A DNA stretch of 52,273 nucleotides from positions 1 to 52,273 of the IMG/VR virus record IMGVR_UViG_3300045950_000170. The stretch is one strand, 5' to 3'. The notes beneath the pieces were generated by a model. The model did not search any database. It was not told the DNA's origin and was given only the letters and a program-made list of their open reading frames with translations. Within the stretch, counting starts at the first letter, position 1. The number at the start of each line of letters is the position of its first letter. Below, in pieces: positions 6,962 through 16,855 of the stretch. The translations under genes were made by a program, and so were the position numbers. Source of the DNA: a virus. Lineage: Duplodnaviria > Caudoviricetes.

Positions 6962-7498
6962 ATGGGCATTTCGATACGCGCTTACGCCCGGCACCGTGGC
7001 GTGACCGACACTGCTGTTCACAAGGCAATTCGCGCCGGGCGCATCACGCCGGAGGCTGACGGAACCATCGATGCCGACCGGGCTGATCGCGAATGGGCGC
7101 GCAACTCCGATGTGCCCAAGGCAGGTACCCGCGCCAAGGCGGCCAAAGCGGTCGTACCGGACGCCAGCACACCGTCGAACGATGGGCCGGCCGCCTTGCC
7201 CACTGGTGGCACGTCGTTGCTCCAGGCCCGCACGGTCAACGAAGTGGTCAAGGCGCAAACCAACAAGGTGCGACTGGCCCGTCTGAAAGGCGAGCTGGTC
7301 GATCGCCCAAAGGCCATCGCGCATGTGTTCAAGCTGGCGCGCTCCGAGCGCGATGCTTGGCTCAACTGGCCCGCGCGCATTTCGGCGCAGATGGCTGCCA
7401 GGCTCGATGTCGATCCGCACGCCATGCACGTGGCACTGGAGGCCGCAGTGCGCGAGCACCTGCAAGAGCTGGGCGAACTACGCCCTCGAGTGGACTGA
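6962..7498 (+). CDS. Terminase small subunit (Nu1-like)
   Basis: N-terminal HTH (SIRAYARHRGV...AVHKAI..GRI) and a C-terminal coiled coil (RLARLKGELV). Coupled to terL. Confidence 0.75.
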   Translation: MGISIRAYARHRGVTDTAVHKAIRAGRITPEADGTIDADRADREWARNSDVPKAGTRAKAAKAVVPDASTPSNDGPAALPTGGTSLLQARTVNEVVKAQTNKVRLARLKGELVDRPKAIAHVFKLARSERDAWLNWPARISAQMAARLDVDPHAMHVALEAAVREHLQELGELRPRVD

Positions 7499-9459
7499 TG
7501 CTGGACGTGGACTACGAAGGCGCGGCGGAAATCGAGCGCGCCTGGCGCGAAGGACTGACGCCGGACCCATTGCTGACCGTGTCCGAATGGTCGGATCGGC
7601 ACCGGATGCTTTCCAGCAAGGCGTCCGCCGAGCCGGGACGCTGGCGCACCAGTCGCACGCCGTACCTGAAGGCGATCATGGACTGCCTGTCGCCGACCTC
7701 GCCGGTCGAGCGCGTGGTGTTCATGAAGGCCGCCCAACTCGGCGCGACCGAGATGGGCTCGAACTGGATCGGCTACGTGATCCACCACGCGCCAGGCCCA
7801 ATGATGGCAGTCTGGCCGACTGTGGAAATGGCCAAGCGCAACTCCAAGCAGCGGATCGACCCGCTTATCGAGGAGTCTGGTGTTCTGGCCGAGTTGATTG
7901 CCCCGGCCAGGAGCCGGGACTCGGGCAACACCATTCTCGCGAAGGAGTTCCGGGGCGGCGTCCTGGTGATGACGGGCGCCAACAGCGCAGTCGGACTGCG
8001 GTCGATGCCAGTGCGCTACCTGTTCCTCGACGAGGTGGACGGCTATCCGCTGGACGTTGAGGGTGAAGGCGACGCGATTTCACTGGCCGAAGCCCGTACC
8101 AGAACCTTCGCGCGCCGCAAGATTTTCATCGTCTCGACACCAACAATCTCGGGCGCGAGCGCCATCGAACGGGAATATGAGGCATCCGATCAGCGCCGCT
8201 ACTTTGTGCCCTGCCCACACTGCTCGCATCGGCAGTGGCTGCGCTTCGAACAACTGCGGTGGGAGAAAGGCCAGCCGGAGAGCGCCGCCTATGTCTGCGA
8301 ATCCTGCGATGCGCCAATTTCCGAGCACCACAAGACCTGGATGCTGGAACACGGCGAGTGGCGCGCATTGGCGCCAGAGAATGGCGCCAAGACCGCAGGT
8401 TTCCACTTGTCGTCGCTCTACAGCCCGGTCGGCTGGCGCAGTTGGCGCGAGATCGCCGTCGCCTGGGAACTGGCCGTGAGCAAGGAGTCGGGTTCTGCGG
8501 CGGCCATCAAGACGTTCAAGAACACGGAACTGGGTGAGACCTGGGTCGAGGAAGGCGAAGCACCAGATTGGCAACGCCTCGTCGAGCGACGCGAGGACTA
8601 CCCGGTCGGATCGATTCCTCCCGGTGGGCTCCTGCTGGTGGGCGGCGGTGACGTTCAGAAGGACCGCATCGAAGCCTCCATCTGGGCCTTCGGGCGCGGC
8701 AAGGAATCATGGCTGGTCGAGCATCGCGTGTTGATGGGTGATACGGCCCGCGACGCTGTCTGGAAACAACTGGCGGATCTGGTTGCGGAAAACTGGACGC
8801 ACGCGTCCGGCGCGGCACTGCCGCTGGCACGGTTCGCCCTGGACACCGGGTTTGCCACCCAAGAGGCCTATACCTTCGTGCGATCCAGTCGTGACCCGCG
8901 CGTCATGGCTGTCAAAGGTGTCGCGCGCGGCGCGGCGCTGATCGGTACGCCCACCGCCGTGGATATCTCCAAGGGTGGCAAGAAACTGCGCCGAGGCATC
9001 AAGGTGTTCTCGGTCGCCGTCGGCATTGCCAAGCTCGAGCTCTACAACAACCTGCGCAAATCGGCGGATGTGGCCGAGGACGGTATCACCGCGATCTATC
9101 CGGCCGGATTCATCCATCTGCCGCATGTGGACGCGGAGTTCATCCAGCAGCTCTGTGCGGAACAACTCATCACCCGACGCGACCGGAATGGCTTCCCCAT
9201 CCGGGAGTGGCAAAAGATGCGCGAGCGCAACGAGGCACTGGACTGTTACGTCTATGCACGCGCCGCTGCTTCGGCGGCGGGACTGGATCGCTTCGACGAG
9301 CGCCATTGGCGTGAACTGGAGCGACAGCTGGGGATGGACGATCCGCCCGATCCCACCACCACAACATCGACTGACGAGGCCACCCAACGCGGTGGCCTCG
9401 CTGTTTCTGGGCCAGGTCGCCGCGCACGCCAGTTGGTGCGCAGTCGTTGGCTCTCCTGA
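7498..9459 (+). CDS. Terminase large subunit (lambda gpA family)
   Basis: KAAQLGATE Walker A variant, LFLDEVD Walker B, VSTPT, CPHC...CESC and NEALDCYVYA. ATG at 7498 overlaps the terS stop. Confidence 0.95.
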   Translation: MLDVDYEGAAEIERAWREGLTPDPLLTVSEWSDRHRMLSSKASAEPGRWRTSRTPYLKAIMDCLSPTSPVERVVFMKAAQLGATEMGSNWIGYVIHHAPGPMMAVWPTVEMAKRNSKQRIDPLIEESGVLAELIAPARSRDSGNTILAKEFRGGVLVMTGANSAVGLRSMPVRYLFLDEVDGYPLDVEGEGDAISLAEARTRTFARRKIFIVSTPTISGASAIEREYEASDQRRYFVPCPHCSHRQWLRFEQLRWEKGQPESAAYVCESCDAPISEHHKTWMLEHGEWRALAPENGAKTAGFHLSSLYSPVGWRSWREIAVAWELAVSKESGSAAAIKTFKNTELGETWVEEGEAPDWQRLVERREDYPVGSIPPGGLLLVGGGDVQKDRIEASIWAFGRGKESWLVEHRVLMGDTARDAVWKQLADLVAENWTHASGAALPLARFALDTGFATQEAYTFVRSSRDPRVMAVKGVARGAALIGTPTAVDISKGGKKLRRGIKVFSVAVGIAKLELYNNLRKSADVAEDGITAIYPAGFIHLPHVDAEFIQQLCAEQLITRRDRNGFPIREWQKMRERNEALDCYVYARAAASAAGLDRFDERHWRELERQLGMDDPPDPTTTTSTDEATQRGGLAVSGPGRRARQLVRSRWLS

Positions 9460-9476
9460 ACGAAGAAGGACATCCC

Positions 9477-9968
9477 ATGAGTTTGCAGACCCGTATCGAG
9501 AGCCTGGTGATTCGCATCGCCCAGGAGTTCAACACGCTCAACGGCAAGACCGGCACGCTGGCGAACCTGACAACCACCGACAAGTCGAGTCTGGTGGCGG
9601 CCATCAACGAGCTACAGTCCGCCGTTCTCAGCGGTACCGGCATCGACGACGCCAACGTGGCACTGACCACCACCTATTCGTCGTCGAAGATCGTCACGCT
9701 GCTGGATACCCTCAAGGCTGAGATCCTCGGTGGCGCCGATGCTGCCTATGACACCTTGGTCGAGATTCAGCAGTTACTCCAGGACGGGACCAGCGGCCTC
9801 GATGCGCTGCTTGCCGCCGTCAACAACCGCGTGCGCTTCGATGCTGCGCAGACACTGACGGTGATCGAGCAGCAGCAGGCACGATCGAACATCGGTGCCA
9901 TTGCCTTGACGGCAATCGGAGATGCCGACACTGACTTCGTCGCGGTGTTCGAAGGAGCACTGGTCTGA
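9477..9968 (+). CDS. Putative head fibre / fibre-shaft protein
   Basis: Fibre-type motifs LTTTDKSSLVAAINEL, TYSSSKI, AYDTLVEI and QTLT..QQQARSNIG. Located within the head module. Confidence 0.55.
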   Translation: MSLQTRIESLVIRIAQEFNTLNGKTGTLANLTTTDKSSLVAAINELQSAVLSGTGIDDANVALTTTYSSSKIVTLLDTLKAEILGGADAAYDTLVEIQQLLQDGTSGLDALLAAVNNRVRFDAAQTLTVIEQQQARSNIGAIALTAIGDADTDFVAVFEGALV

Positions 9969-10360
9969 TGTCGCTTTCCGACCGAATCGCATCCCTCGCC
10001 GCGCGCATCGGCATCGAGGTGAAAAGCAAGATCGATGGCTCGCATCCGGGTCTCGCCCGCGCGTGGGTGAGCTTCGGCTACGTCAATGGCCAGATGGTCA
10101 TGCACAGCTCTCGCAACGTGGTGAGTGTGGAACGCCTGGCGACTGGTCGCTATCGCGTCCATTTCACCCAGCCGATGCCGGACACGAACTACGCCTGGAT
10201 TGCACTGGCCCGCAGTAGCACCAACAACGGCACGCAGCGCATCGCCATCGCGCGTGCCAGCGCCGACCAGAAGACCGCCGAGTACGTTGATGTCGCCTGC
10301 GCCACGATGGCGACGTCGTTTGCCGACTCCGACGAGATCAACCTGGTGGTGTATCGCTGA
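9968..10360 (+). CDS. Putative head-associated fibre-tip / beta-rich protein
   Basis: RAWVSFG...NV.SVERLATGRYRVHF..PMPDTNY resembles fibre C-terminal domains. The N-terminal helix resembles that of 9477..9968. Confidence 0.5.
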   Translation: MSLSDRIASLAARIGIEVKSKIDGSHPGLARAWVSFGYVNGQMVMHSSRNVVSVERLATGRYRVHFTQPMPDTNYAWIALARSSTNNGTQRIAIARASADQKTAEYVDVACATMATSFADSDEINLVVYR

Positions 10361-10581
10361 TGGCCTATACCCAGTCCCAACTCGATGCGCTCGAAGCCGC
10401 ACTGGCCAAGGGCGAGCGCCGCGTGAGTTTCGGCGACAAGACCATCGAGTACCGCACCGTCGAGGAGCTGGCTGCCGCCATTCGTGAGGTCAAGCGCGGC
10501 CTGTTCGATGACGCCGTCGCCACCGGCCTGTGGCCCGGTGCGCCGCGCCAGATCCGCATCACGACCCGGAAGGCCACCTGA
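10360..10581 (+). CDS. Head-tail joining protein (lambda gpW-like)
   Basis: LDALEAALAKGERRVSFGDKTIEYRTVEEL; located immediately before the portal gene. Confidence 0.85.
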   Translation: MAYTQSQLDALEAALAKGERRVSFGDKTIEYRTVEELAAAIREVKRGLFDDAVATGLWPGAPRQIRITTRKAT

Positions 10582-12065
10582 TGAGCTGGTTCGGAAAACT
10601 TCGACGCGGCCTGTTCGGCGGTACGTCACCAACCTATGACGGTATTGGTGGCGGTCGACGTGCGATCGCCTGGCAGGTCGGAAATCCTGGTGCCGTTGCC
10701 GCGCTGGCCTTCACCCAGAACGAACTCCGAGCCAAGAGCCGTGATCTGGTGCGACGCAACGCTTGGGCGGCCGCCGGCGTGGAAGCCTTCGTCGCCAACG
10801 CGATCGGCACTGGCATCAAGCCTCAGTCGATGCTCGCGGACAACGCGCTGCGGGAAGCCATTCACGCCCTCTGGTGGGACTGGTGCAGCGATGCCGACGC
10901 AGCCGGCTTGACCGACTTCTACGGCCTGCAAGCACTCGCCTGCCGGGCAATGTTGGAAGGCGGGGAGGCACTGGTGCGACTGCGCTATCGCCGACCCGAA
11001 GATGGTCTGGCAGTCGGCCTGCAACTTCAGGTGCTGGAACCCGAGCACCTGCCCACGACGATGAATCTTGAGCTCCCGTCCGGCAACATGGTGCGGGCTG
11101 GCATCGAGTTTGATCGTCTCGGGCGACGCACGGCCTACCACCTGTATCGCTCGCATCCCGGCGACGGGACGCTGGCGCCGATGTCGGGCACCGGCGGCAT
11201 GGATACCGTGCGCGTGCCAGCTTCCGAGATCATCCACCTGTTCCGTCCGCTTCGCCCAGGCCAGATCCGTGGAGAGCCCTGGTTGGCGCGGGCACTGGTC
11301 AAGCTCAATGAGCTGGACCAGTACGACGACGCCGAACTGGTGCGCAAGAAGACGGCGGCGATGTTCGCGGGCTTCATCACCCGCCTGGCGCCCGAGGACA
11401 ACCTCATGGGCGAAGGGCTGGCGGACGCCAACGGCGTGTCCCTGGCAGGACTGGAACCCGGGACCTTGCAGCTGCTCGAGCCTGGTGAGGACGTGAAGTT
11501 CAGCCAACCGGCAGACGTCGGGGCCAGCTACGCCGAATTCCTGCGCATGCAGTTCCGGGCAGTTGCGGCGGCGATGGGCATCACTTACGAGATGCTCACC
11601 GGCGATCTGACGCAGGTGAACTACTCGTCGATCCGCGCCGGATTGCTGGAGTTTCGCCGCCGCTGTGAAGCGATCCAGCATGGCGTGATCGTCCACCAGC
11701 TCTGCCGCCAGATCTGGCGCGCATGGATGGAACAGGCTGCGCTCGAAGGTGCACTCGATCTCCCGGGCTTCGTCGGACGCAAACGGGAATACCTAGCCGC
11801 CAAATGGATTCCGCAGGGCTGGCAGTGGGTCGATCCGAAGAAGGAGTTCGACGCGATGCTCACCGCAATCCGTGCCGGGCTGCTTTCGCGCTCCGAAGCC
11901 ATTTCCGCCTTCGGCTACGACGCCGAAGACATCGACCGCGAGATCGCGGCCGACAACCAACGAGCCGACGAACTCGGTCTGGTTTTCGATTCCGACCCGC
12001 GCCACGACAAAGCCCCCATCGCGACGCCCACCCCGGCTGCGGCGCAAGAACCCCAGGACAACTGA
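10581..12065 (+). CDS. Portal protein, lambda family
   Basis: SRDLVRRN, RPGQIRGEP, YEMLTGD..QVNYSSIRAG and WVDP.KE motifs. Confidence 0.95.
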   Translation: MSWFGKLRRGLFGGTSPTYDGIGGGRRAIAWQVGNPGAVAALAFTQNELRAKSRDLVRRNAWAAAGVEAFVANAIGTGIKPQSMLADNALREAIHALWWDWCSDADAAGLTDFYGLQALACRAMLEGGEALVRLRYRRPEDGLAVGLQLQVLEPEHLPTTMNLELPSGNMVRAGIEFDRLGRRTAYHLYRSHPGDGTLAPMSGTGGMDTVRVPASEIIHLFRPLRPGQIRGEPWLARALVKLNELDQYDDAELVRKKTAAMFAGFITRLAPEDNLMGEGLADANGVSLAGLEPGTLQLLEPGEDVKFSQPADVGASYAEFLRMQFRAVAAAMGITYEMLTGDLTQVNYSSIRAGLLEFRRRCEAIQHGVIVHQLCRQIWRAWMEQAALEGALDLPGFVGRKREYLAAKWIPQGWQWVDPKKEFDAMLTAIRAGLLSRSEAISAFGYDAEDIDREIAADNQRADELGLVFDSDPRHDKAPIATPTPAAAQEPQDN

Positions 12066-12066
12066 T

Positions 12067-13386
12067 ATGCAGCTCGCACACCTGGCGTCCCGTCTCTACG
12101 GGACGCCGCTCCTCATTGCGCGATCGAAACTGGACGTGATCCTGTCCGTCCTAGGTCCACGCATCGGATTGCCGGACATCGATGCCGCCGTCCCGCTTCC
12201 CGCCCCAAAGACCAGCGCTTCGGCTGGGCAGCTCGGTATCGCGATCATCCCGGTGCACGGCACGCTGGTGCGACGGGCCATGGGGCTAGAGGCGGCCTCT
12301 GGCCTGACCTCCTATGGCGAGATCGCTGCACGGCTCGACGCGGCGCTTGCGGACCCACAGGTCAACGGCATCCTGCTCGACCTCGACTCCCCCGGCGGTG
12401 AGGCCGGTGGCGTGTTCGAGCTGGCCGAACGGATTCGCGCCGCCAACGACATCAAGCCGGTCTGGGCGCACGCCAACGACTCGGCGTACTCGGCGGCTTA
12501 CGCCATCGCGGCCGCTGCATCGCGCCTGACCCTGTCCCAAACCGCTGGAGTCGGGTCCATCGGCGTCATTGCCCTGCACGTCGACCAGTCCGTCAAGGAT
12601 GCCAAGGACGGGGTTGCCTACACGGCGATCTATGCCGGCCACCACAAGAACGACTTTTCTCCCCATGCGCCCCTGTCGCCGCAAGCTGCCACCACCCTGC
12701 AGTCGGAGGTTGATCGGCTGTACGGGATCTTCGTCGACCAAGTCGCGCGGATGCGCGGTCTGGACAGCGATGCCGTGCGGGAGACCGAAGCAGGCTTGAT
12801 CTTCGGGGATGCGGCGGTTGCGACAGGATTGGCCGACGCCGTGATGAGTTTCGAACAGGCCCTGGTCGAGTTCACCAACGCGCTGGATGCGCAGCGCCGA
12901 CTGGCAATACCCAGCGCCAATACCGCGAAGCGCCGCCCACAAGCTCGCGCCTCGCCCGTGACACTGAACGCCAGCCATCAGATTTCCAGCCATCAACCCT
13001 CTCATTTGGAGCAAACCATGACCGACCAAGAACAGCAGCCCCCGATGGACGACCCCGATCCGGAGCTCACGCCAGACCCGGCAGATACACCGGCGCAAGA
13101 ACCCGCAGCGCCGCCCTTGGCCGCTTCGATCACCGGTGCCACCACCAATGGCCGTATCGAGGCACAAGCCATTGCCGAGATCTGCCTGATCGCAGGCACG
13201 CCGCAGCGCACGGCGGAGTTCCTTGCCTCCGGGATGAGCGAGGCCCAAGTCCGCCGCGCACTGCTCGAGGCTCGCGCCGAACAGCCGGAGATTGCCTCGC
13301 GCATCACCGCCGATGCGGGAACCACCGTGCGACCGGAGAGCAGCCCGGTCGTTGCCGCCGTCAAGAAACTCGCCACGAAGGAGTAA
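12067..13386 (+). CDS. Prohead protease (S49, lambda gpC-like) with C-terminal scaffold region
   Basis: LDLDSPGGE, AYSAAYAIA and GVGSIGV S49 motifs. Confidence 0.9.
   Translation: MQLAHLASRLYGTPLLIARSKLDVILSVLGPRIGLPDIDAAVPLPAPKTSASAGQLGIAIIPVHGTLVRRAMGLEAASGLTSYGEIAARLDAALADPQVNGILLDLDSPGGEAGGVFELAERIRAANDIKPVWAHANDSAYSAAYAIAAAASRLTLSQTAGVGSIGVIALHVDQSVKDAKDGVAYTAIYAGHHKNDFSPHAPLSPQAATTLQSEVDRLYGIFVDQVARMRGLDSDAVRETEAGLIFGDAAVATGLADAVMSFEQALVEFTNALDAQRRLAIPSANTAKRRPQARASPVTLNASHQISSHQPSHLEQTMTDQEQQPPMDDPDPELTPDPADTPAQEPAAPPLAASITGATTNGRIEAQAIAEICLIAGTPQRTAEFLASGMSEAQVRRALLEARAEQPEIASRITADAGTTVRPESSPVVAAVKKLATKE
13018..13386 (+). CDS. Nested in-frame scaffolding protein (Nu3-like)
   Basis: In-frame ATG at 13018 preceded by GGAGCAAACC; acidic and Pro-rich start. 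Analogous to lambda C/Nu3. Confidence 0.6.
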   Translation: MTDQEQQPPMDDPDPELTPDPADTPAQEPAAPPLAASITGATTNGRIEAQAIAEICLIAGTPQRTAEFLASGMSEAQVRRALLEARAEQPEIASRITADAGTTVRPESSPVVAAVKKLATKE

Positions 13387-13389
13387 GCC

Positions 13390-13767
13390 ATGCCTGCCAT
13401 TTCGGAAACCAACAACCTCGGTGATCTCCTCAAGTACGAGGCGCCGAATCTTTATTCACGCGACCTGGCCACGGTCGCTGCCGGCCAGAACCTGGTGCTC
13501 GGCACCATCGTCGGCCGCGACAGCACGACCGGCAAGCTGAAAGCACTCGACCCGGCTGCTACCGACGGCACCGAGAACGCAGTTGGCGTGCTCGCCGCCG
13601 ATGTGGACGCGACCCTGATCGACCGCGAGGACGCGCTGCTGATCACCCGCCACGCCATCGTCGCCACTCACGCGCTGGTGTGGCCTGTCGCCATCACCCC
13701 CACCGAGACGACCGCCGCGATCGCTCAACTCGAAGCGCGTGGCGTCCTCGTCCGAATCGCTGCCTGA
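13390..13767 (+). CDS. Head decoration protein (gpD-like)
   Basis: GQNLVLGTIVG...DPAATDGTENAVGVL; lies between protease and capsid genes. Confidence 0.85.
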   Translation: MPAISETNNLGDLLKYEAPNLYSRDLATVAAGQNLVLGTIVGRDSTTGKLKALDPAATDGTENAVGVLAADVDATLIDREDALLITRHAIVATHALVWPVAITPTETTAAIAQLEARGVLVRIAA

Positions 13768-13782
13768 TCTAGGAGACACACC

Positions 13783-14784
13783 ATGCAGAACCCCTTTACC
13801 AATCCCGCGTTCTCGATGGCAGCGCTCACGGCGGCCATCAACATTCTTCCCAACCGCTACGGCCGCATCGAGGAACTTGGCCTGATGCCGGCCAAGCCGG
13901 TGCGCCAGCGGCAGGTCATCGTCGAGGAGATGAACGGCGTGCTGAACCTGCTGCCCACACTGCCGCCAGGCGCGCCGGGTACGGTCGGTGTACGTGGCAA
14001 GCGCACCCTGCGCTCGTTCGTGATCCCGCACATCCCGCATGACGATGTCGTCCTGCCCGAGGAAGTCCAGGGCATCCGCGCCTTTGGCTCGGAGACCGAA
14101 ACGGAAGCCGTCGCGGGCGTCATCGCACGCCACCTTGAGACCATGCGCAACAAGCATGCGATCACGCTGGAGCACCTGCGCATGGGTGCGCTCAAGGGCG
14201 TCATCCTCGATGCCGACGGCTCTGTGCTGTACGACCTGTTCGACGAGTTCGACATCACGCCGCAGACCATCGCCTTTGACCTCGGCAACGCCGGCACCAA
14301 TGTGAAGTCGAAATGCCTCGCAACCCTGGCCGCGATCGAGGACAACCTCAAGGGCGAGTTCATGAGCGGTGTGCACTGCCTGTGCTCGCCCGAGTTCTTC
14401 GCCGCGCTGACCGGCCATGCCAAGGTCGAGAAGGCCTTCGAGAACTGGCAGCAGGGCGCCATCCTGATCAACGACGTGCGCCGTGGCTTTACCTACGCCG
14501 GCATCACCTTCGAGGAATATCGCGGACAGGCGACCGATCCGTCTGGGACCACCCGTCGCTTCATCGCGGCTGGCGAGGCGCATGCCTTCCCGCTGGGCAC
14601 GGTGGATACCTTTGGCACTTACTTCGCGCCGGCGGACTTCAACGAGACGGTGAACACCATTGGGCAGACGCTCTATGCCAAGCAGGAGCCGCGCAAGTTC
14701 GATCGGGGCACTGATCTGCATACCCAGTCCAACCCGCTGCCCATGTGCCACCGCCCCGGTGTGCTCGTAAAGCTGACCATGTGA
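13783..14784 (+). CDS. Major capsid protein (lambda gpE family)
   Basis: 333 aa with TLEHLRMGALKG and QSNPLPMC.RP; strong RBS AGGAG. Confidence 0.92.
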   Translation: MQNPFTNPAFSMAALTAAINILPNRYGRIEELGLMPAKPVRQRQVIVEEMNGVLNLLPTLPPGAPGTVGVRGKRTLRSFVIPHIPHDDVVLPEEVQGIRAFGSETETEAVAGVIARHLETMRNKHAITLEHLRMGALKGVILDADGSVLYDLFDEFDITPQTIAFDLGNAGTNVKSKCLATLAAIEDNLKGEFMSGVHCLCSPEFFAALTGHAKVEKAFENWQQGAILINDVRRGFTYAGITFEEYRGQATDPSGTTRRFIAAGEAHAFPLGTVDTFGTYFAPADFNETVNTIGQTLYAKQEPRKFDRGTDLHTQSNPLPMCHRPGVLVKLTM

Positions 14785-15068
14785 TGGTGCGCATCGAGGA
14801 TTTCTACGACGCCGCTGCACGATCCGGCTTGCTGGTGGATGCGGAGATCGATGGTCAAACCATCGCTGTCGACTTCCGCTCGCCAGACGAAACCGTCCTC
14901 GATGGGCTGGCCCTGTCCACCGACTACACGATGCGTTTTCCAGCCTCGGCGTTGCCGAGCCTGGCAGCAGGCGACACGGTCGCCATCGGTGGCAGCGATT
15001 ACCGCGTCCGCGATATCCGCAGCATCGGCGACGGCAGCGAAAAGCGCGCTTCACTTTCTCGACTCTGA
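14784..15068 (+). CDS. Head-tail joining / head closure protein (gpFII-like)
   Basis: Beta-rich 94-aa protein (GDTVAIGGSDYRVRDI..GDG) coupled to the capsid gene. Confidence 0.7.
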   Translation: MVRIEDFYDAAARSGLLVDAEIDGQTIAVDFRSPDETVLDGLALSTDYTMRFPASALPSLAAGDTVAIGGSDYRVRDIRSIGDGSEKRASLSRL

Positions 15069-15080
15069 GGACTCCCGTTC

Positions 15081-15506
15081 ATGAACTCCATCCGCGAGCG
15101 CATCTTGCGGGAGGTCGTCGCACGTCTGATTTCTGCGGTGGCGCCTGTCCCGGTTTTACGGTTTTCGACCGTGCCGGTGACGCGAGAGGCCAGCCCCGCA
15201 CTGCTGGTATTTGCCGAAGGCGACAGCATCACCGCGCATGCCAACAACCTCGTCGACCGATTGCTGATAGTCCGTTTGGTAGCCGTGGCCCGTGGGGACG
15301 ATGCCTTCGACCAAGCCGATCTGGCGGTGGTCGCTGCCCACACAGCGCTGATGAGCGACACCAATCTCGGTGGCCTTGCTTTGGCCGTCCGCGAAGTCGA
15401 TTGCGAGTGGGACCCGGAGGACGCTGACGCCGGAGCCGTGGCGTTGCCATCCCGCTACGAGATCCGCTACCGCACCCACGCACTTGACCTGACCCGAACT
15501 GGATAA
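15081..15506 (+). CDS. Tail terminator / completion protein (gpU-like)
   Basis: SIRERIL...D.NLGGLA...YEIRYRT pattern and position before the tail tube gene. Confidence 0.6.
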   Translation: MNSIRERILREVVARLISAVAPVPVLRFSTVPVTREASPALLVFAEGDSITAHANNLVDRLLIVRLVAVARGDDAFDQADLAVVAAHTALMSDTNLGGLALAVREVDCEWDPEDADAGAVALPSRYEIRYRTHALDLTRTG

Positions 15507-15513
15507 CCCAACG

Positions 15514-15693
15514 ATGAACATCGAACTACTGAAACCCCATACCCATGCCGGCACCAGCTTGGCGCCTGGTGATGTGCTGGACATCGACGAAGCCACGGCA
15601 CGTTGGCTGATCGACGCTGGCGTCGCCAAAGCCGCTGACGGACTCCAAGAGTCGACCGGCAAATCGCAACCCATCACACGCAAGGGAGACTGA
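15514..15693 (+). CDS. Small conserved phage protein (59 aa)
   Basis: Below the ORF-track cutoff. MNIELLKPHTHAGTSLAPGDVLDIDEATARWLIDAGVA... fills the gap between the neck and tail tube genes. Confidence 0.7.
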   Translation: MNIELLKPHTHAGTSLAPGDVLDIDEATARWLIDAGVAKAADGLQESTGKSQPITRKGD

Positions 15694-15695
15694 CC

Positions 15696-16448
15696 ATGCC
15701 TTACTTTTCTGGACAAGGGCGCGTCTACATCGGCGCCCGCGACGGCAACGGCAACCCGCAAGGACTGAACTACGTGGGCAACGTGCCCGAACTGAAAGTG
15801 TCGCTTTCGGTGGAGACGCTGGAGCATCAGGAGTCGACTTCGGGTCAGCGCCTGACCGACCTGCAGCTGATCAAGACCAAGAAGGGCGAGTTCGCCTGCA
15901 CGCTGGAAGAGCTGATCGCGGTCAACCTGGGTTTGGCGTTGTACGGCACGACCACCGACCAGGTCAGCGGCACGGTGACTGCCGAAGTGCTGCCGAACCC
16001 CGTCACCTTGGGCAGTCTCTACCTGCTGGCCAAGCAGAACGTCTCGACCGTGGTGGTCAAGGATTCCACCGCCACCCCCAAGACGCTTCCGGCAGGCCAG
16101 TACACCCTCAACGCCAAGCACGGTTCGCTGGCGCTCAACGACAAGACCACCGGCGGCCCCTACGTGGAGCCGTTCAAGGTCGACTACGCCTACGGCGCAG
16201 CACAGAGCACGGCGATGTTCACCCAGCCACTGCCCGAGCGCTGGGTGCGCTTCGAAGGACTGAACACGGCGGATGGCAACCGCGAGGTCGTGATCGATCT
16301 CTACCGCGTAGCGATCAATCCGGCCAAGGAACTCTCCGTCATCACCGACGAGCTGCTCAAGTTCGAGCTGTCGGGACAGGTACTGGCCGATACGCTGAAA
16401 CCCGCGACCGGTGACCTAGGGCAGTTCGGCCGAATCGTGCTGTTGTGA
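15696..16448 (+). CDS. Major tail tube protein
   Basis: YFSGQGRVYIG...YVGNVPEL...FELSGQVLAD; position upstream of the chaperones and TMP. Confidence 0.8.
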   Translation: MPYFSGQGRVYIGARDGNGNPQGLNYVGNVPELKVSLSVETLEHQESTSGQRLTDLQLIKTKKGEFACTLEELIAVNLGLALYGTTTDQVSGTVTAEVLPNPVTLGSLYLLAKQNVSTVVVKDSTATPKTLPAGQYTLNAKHGSLALNDKTTGGPYVEPFKVDYAYGAAQSTAMFTQPLPERWVRFEGLNTADGNREVVIDLYRVAINPAKELSVITDELLKFELSGQVLADTLKPATGDLGQFGRIVLL

Positions 16449-16456
16449 GGTGAGTG

Positions 16457-16855
16457 ATGAGCGACTTCGATGCATTTCCTCCCACTCCGCAATCCCTGGC
16501 GATCGCGGGTATCCCGCTGGAGATCACACCGATCCGCGTCGGCGAGATCCCGGCGCTGCTTGCTGCGGTTCGACCCTTCGCGCACCGTTTGGTCGACGGC
16601 GAGCCGGATTGGCTCGAACTGCTGACCGACCACGGCGAAGCGCTGATCAAAGCAATCGCCGTGGCCTCCCGCCAGCCCCAGGACTGGGTGGCGGCCTTGA
16701 CGATGGACGATGCCATACACCTGGCCACCACCCTGTTCGAGGTGAATGCGGATTTTTTCGTGCAGCGGGTGGTGCCGACGATCCAGCACGCCGCCGCCCG
16801 GATCAACGCGCAAATGAGCGGTCCCTTGGCTGGGCTCACGCCATCCACCGGTTGA
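16457..16855 (+). CDS. Tail assembly chaperone (G)
   Basis: Lies between tail tube and TMP. Contains EVNADFF with a slippery T TTT TTC. Confidence 0.75.
   Translation: MSDFDAFPPTPQSLAIAGIPLEITPIRVGEIPALLAAVRPFAHRLVDGEPDWLELLTDHGEALIKAIAVASRQPQDWVAALTMDDAIHLATTLFEVNADFFVQRVVPTIQHAAARINAQMSGPLAGLTPSTG

Noticed and set aside
7093-7497. Upstream extensions given in the ORF track for terL (also MTase 2, portal, S49, 20484.. and 51919..)
   Set aside because: They overlap real upstream genes in another frame; coupled downstream ATGs are better starts.
13456-15054. Long antisense ORFs (e.g. 532 aa here; also 22233..23900, 39882..41384 and 16357..17694)
   Set aside because: These are shadow ORFs opposite well-supported genes in GC-rich DNA and carry no motifs.
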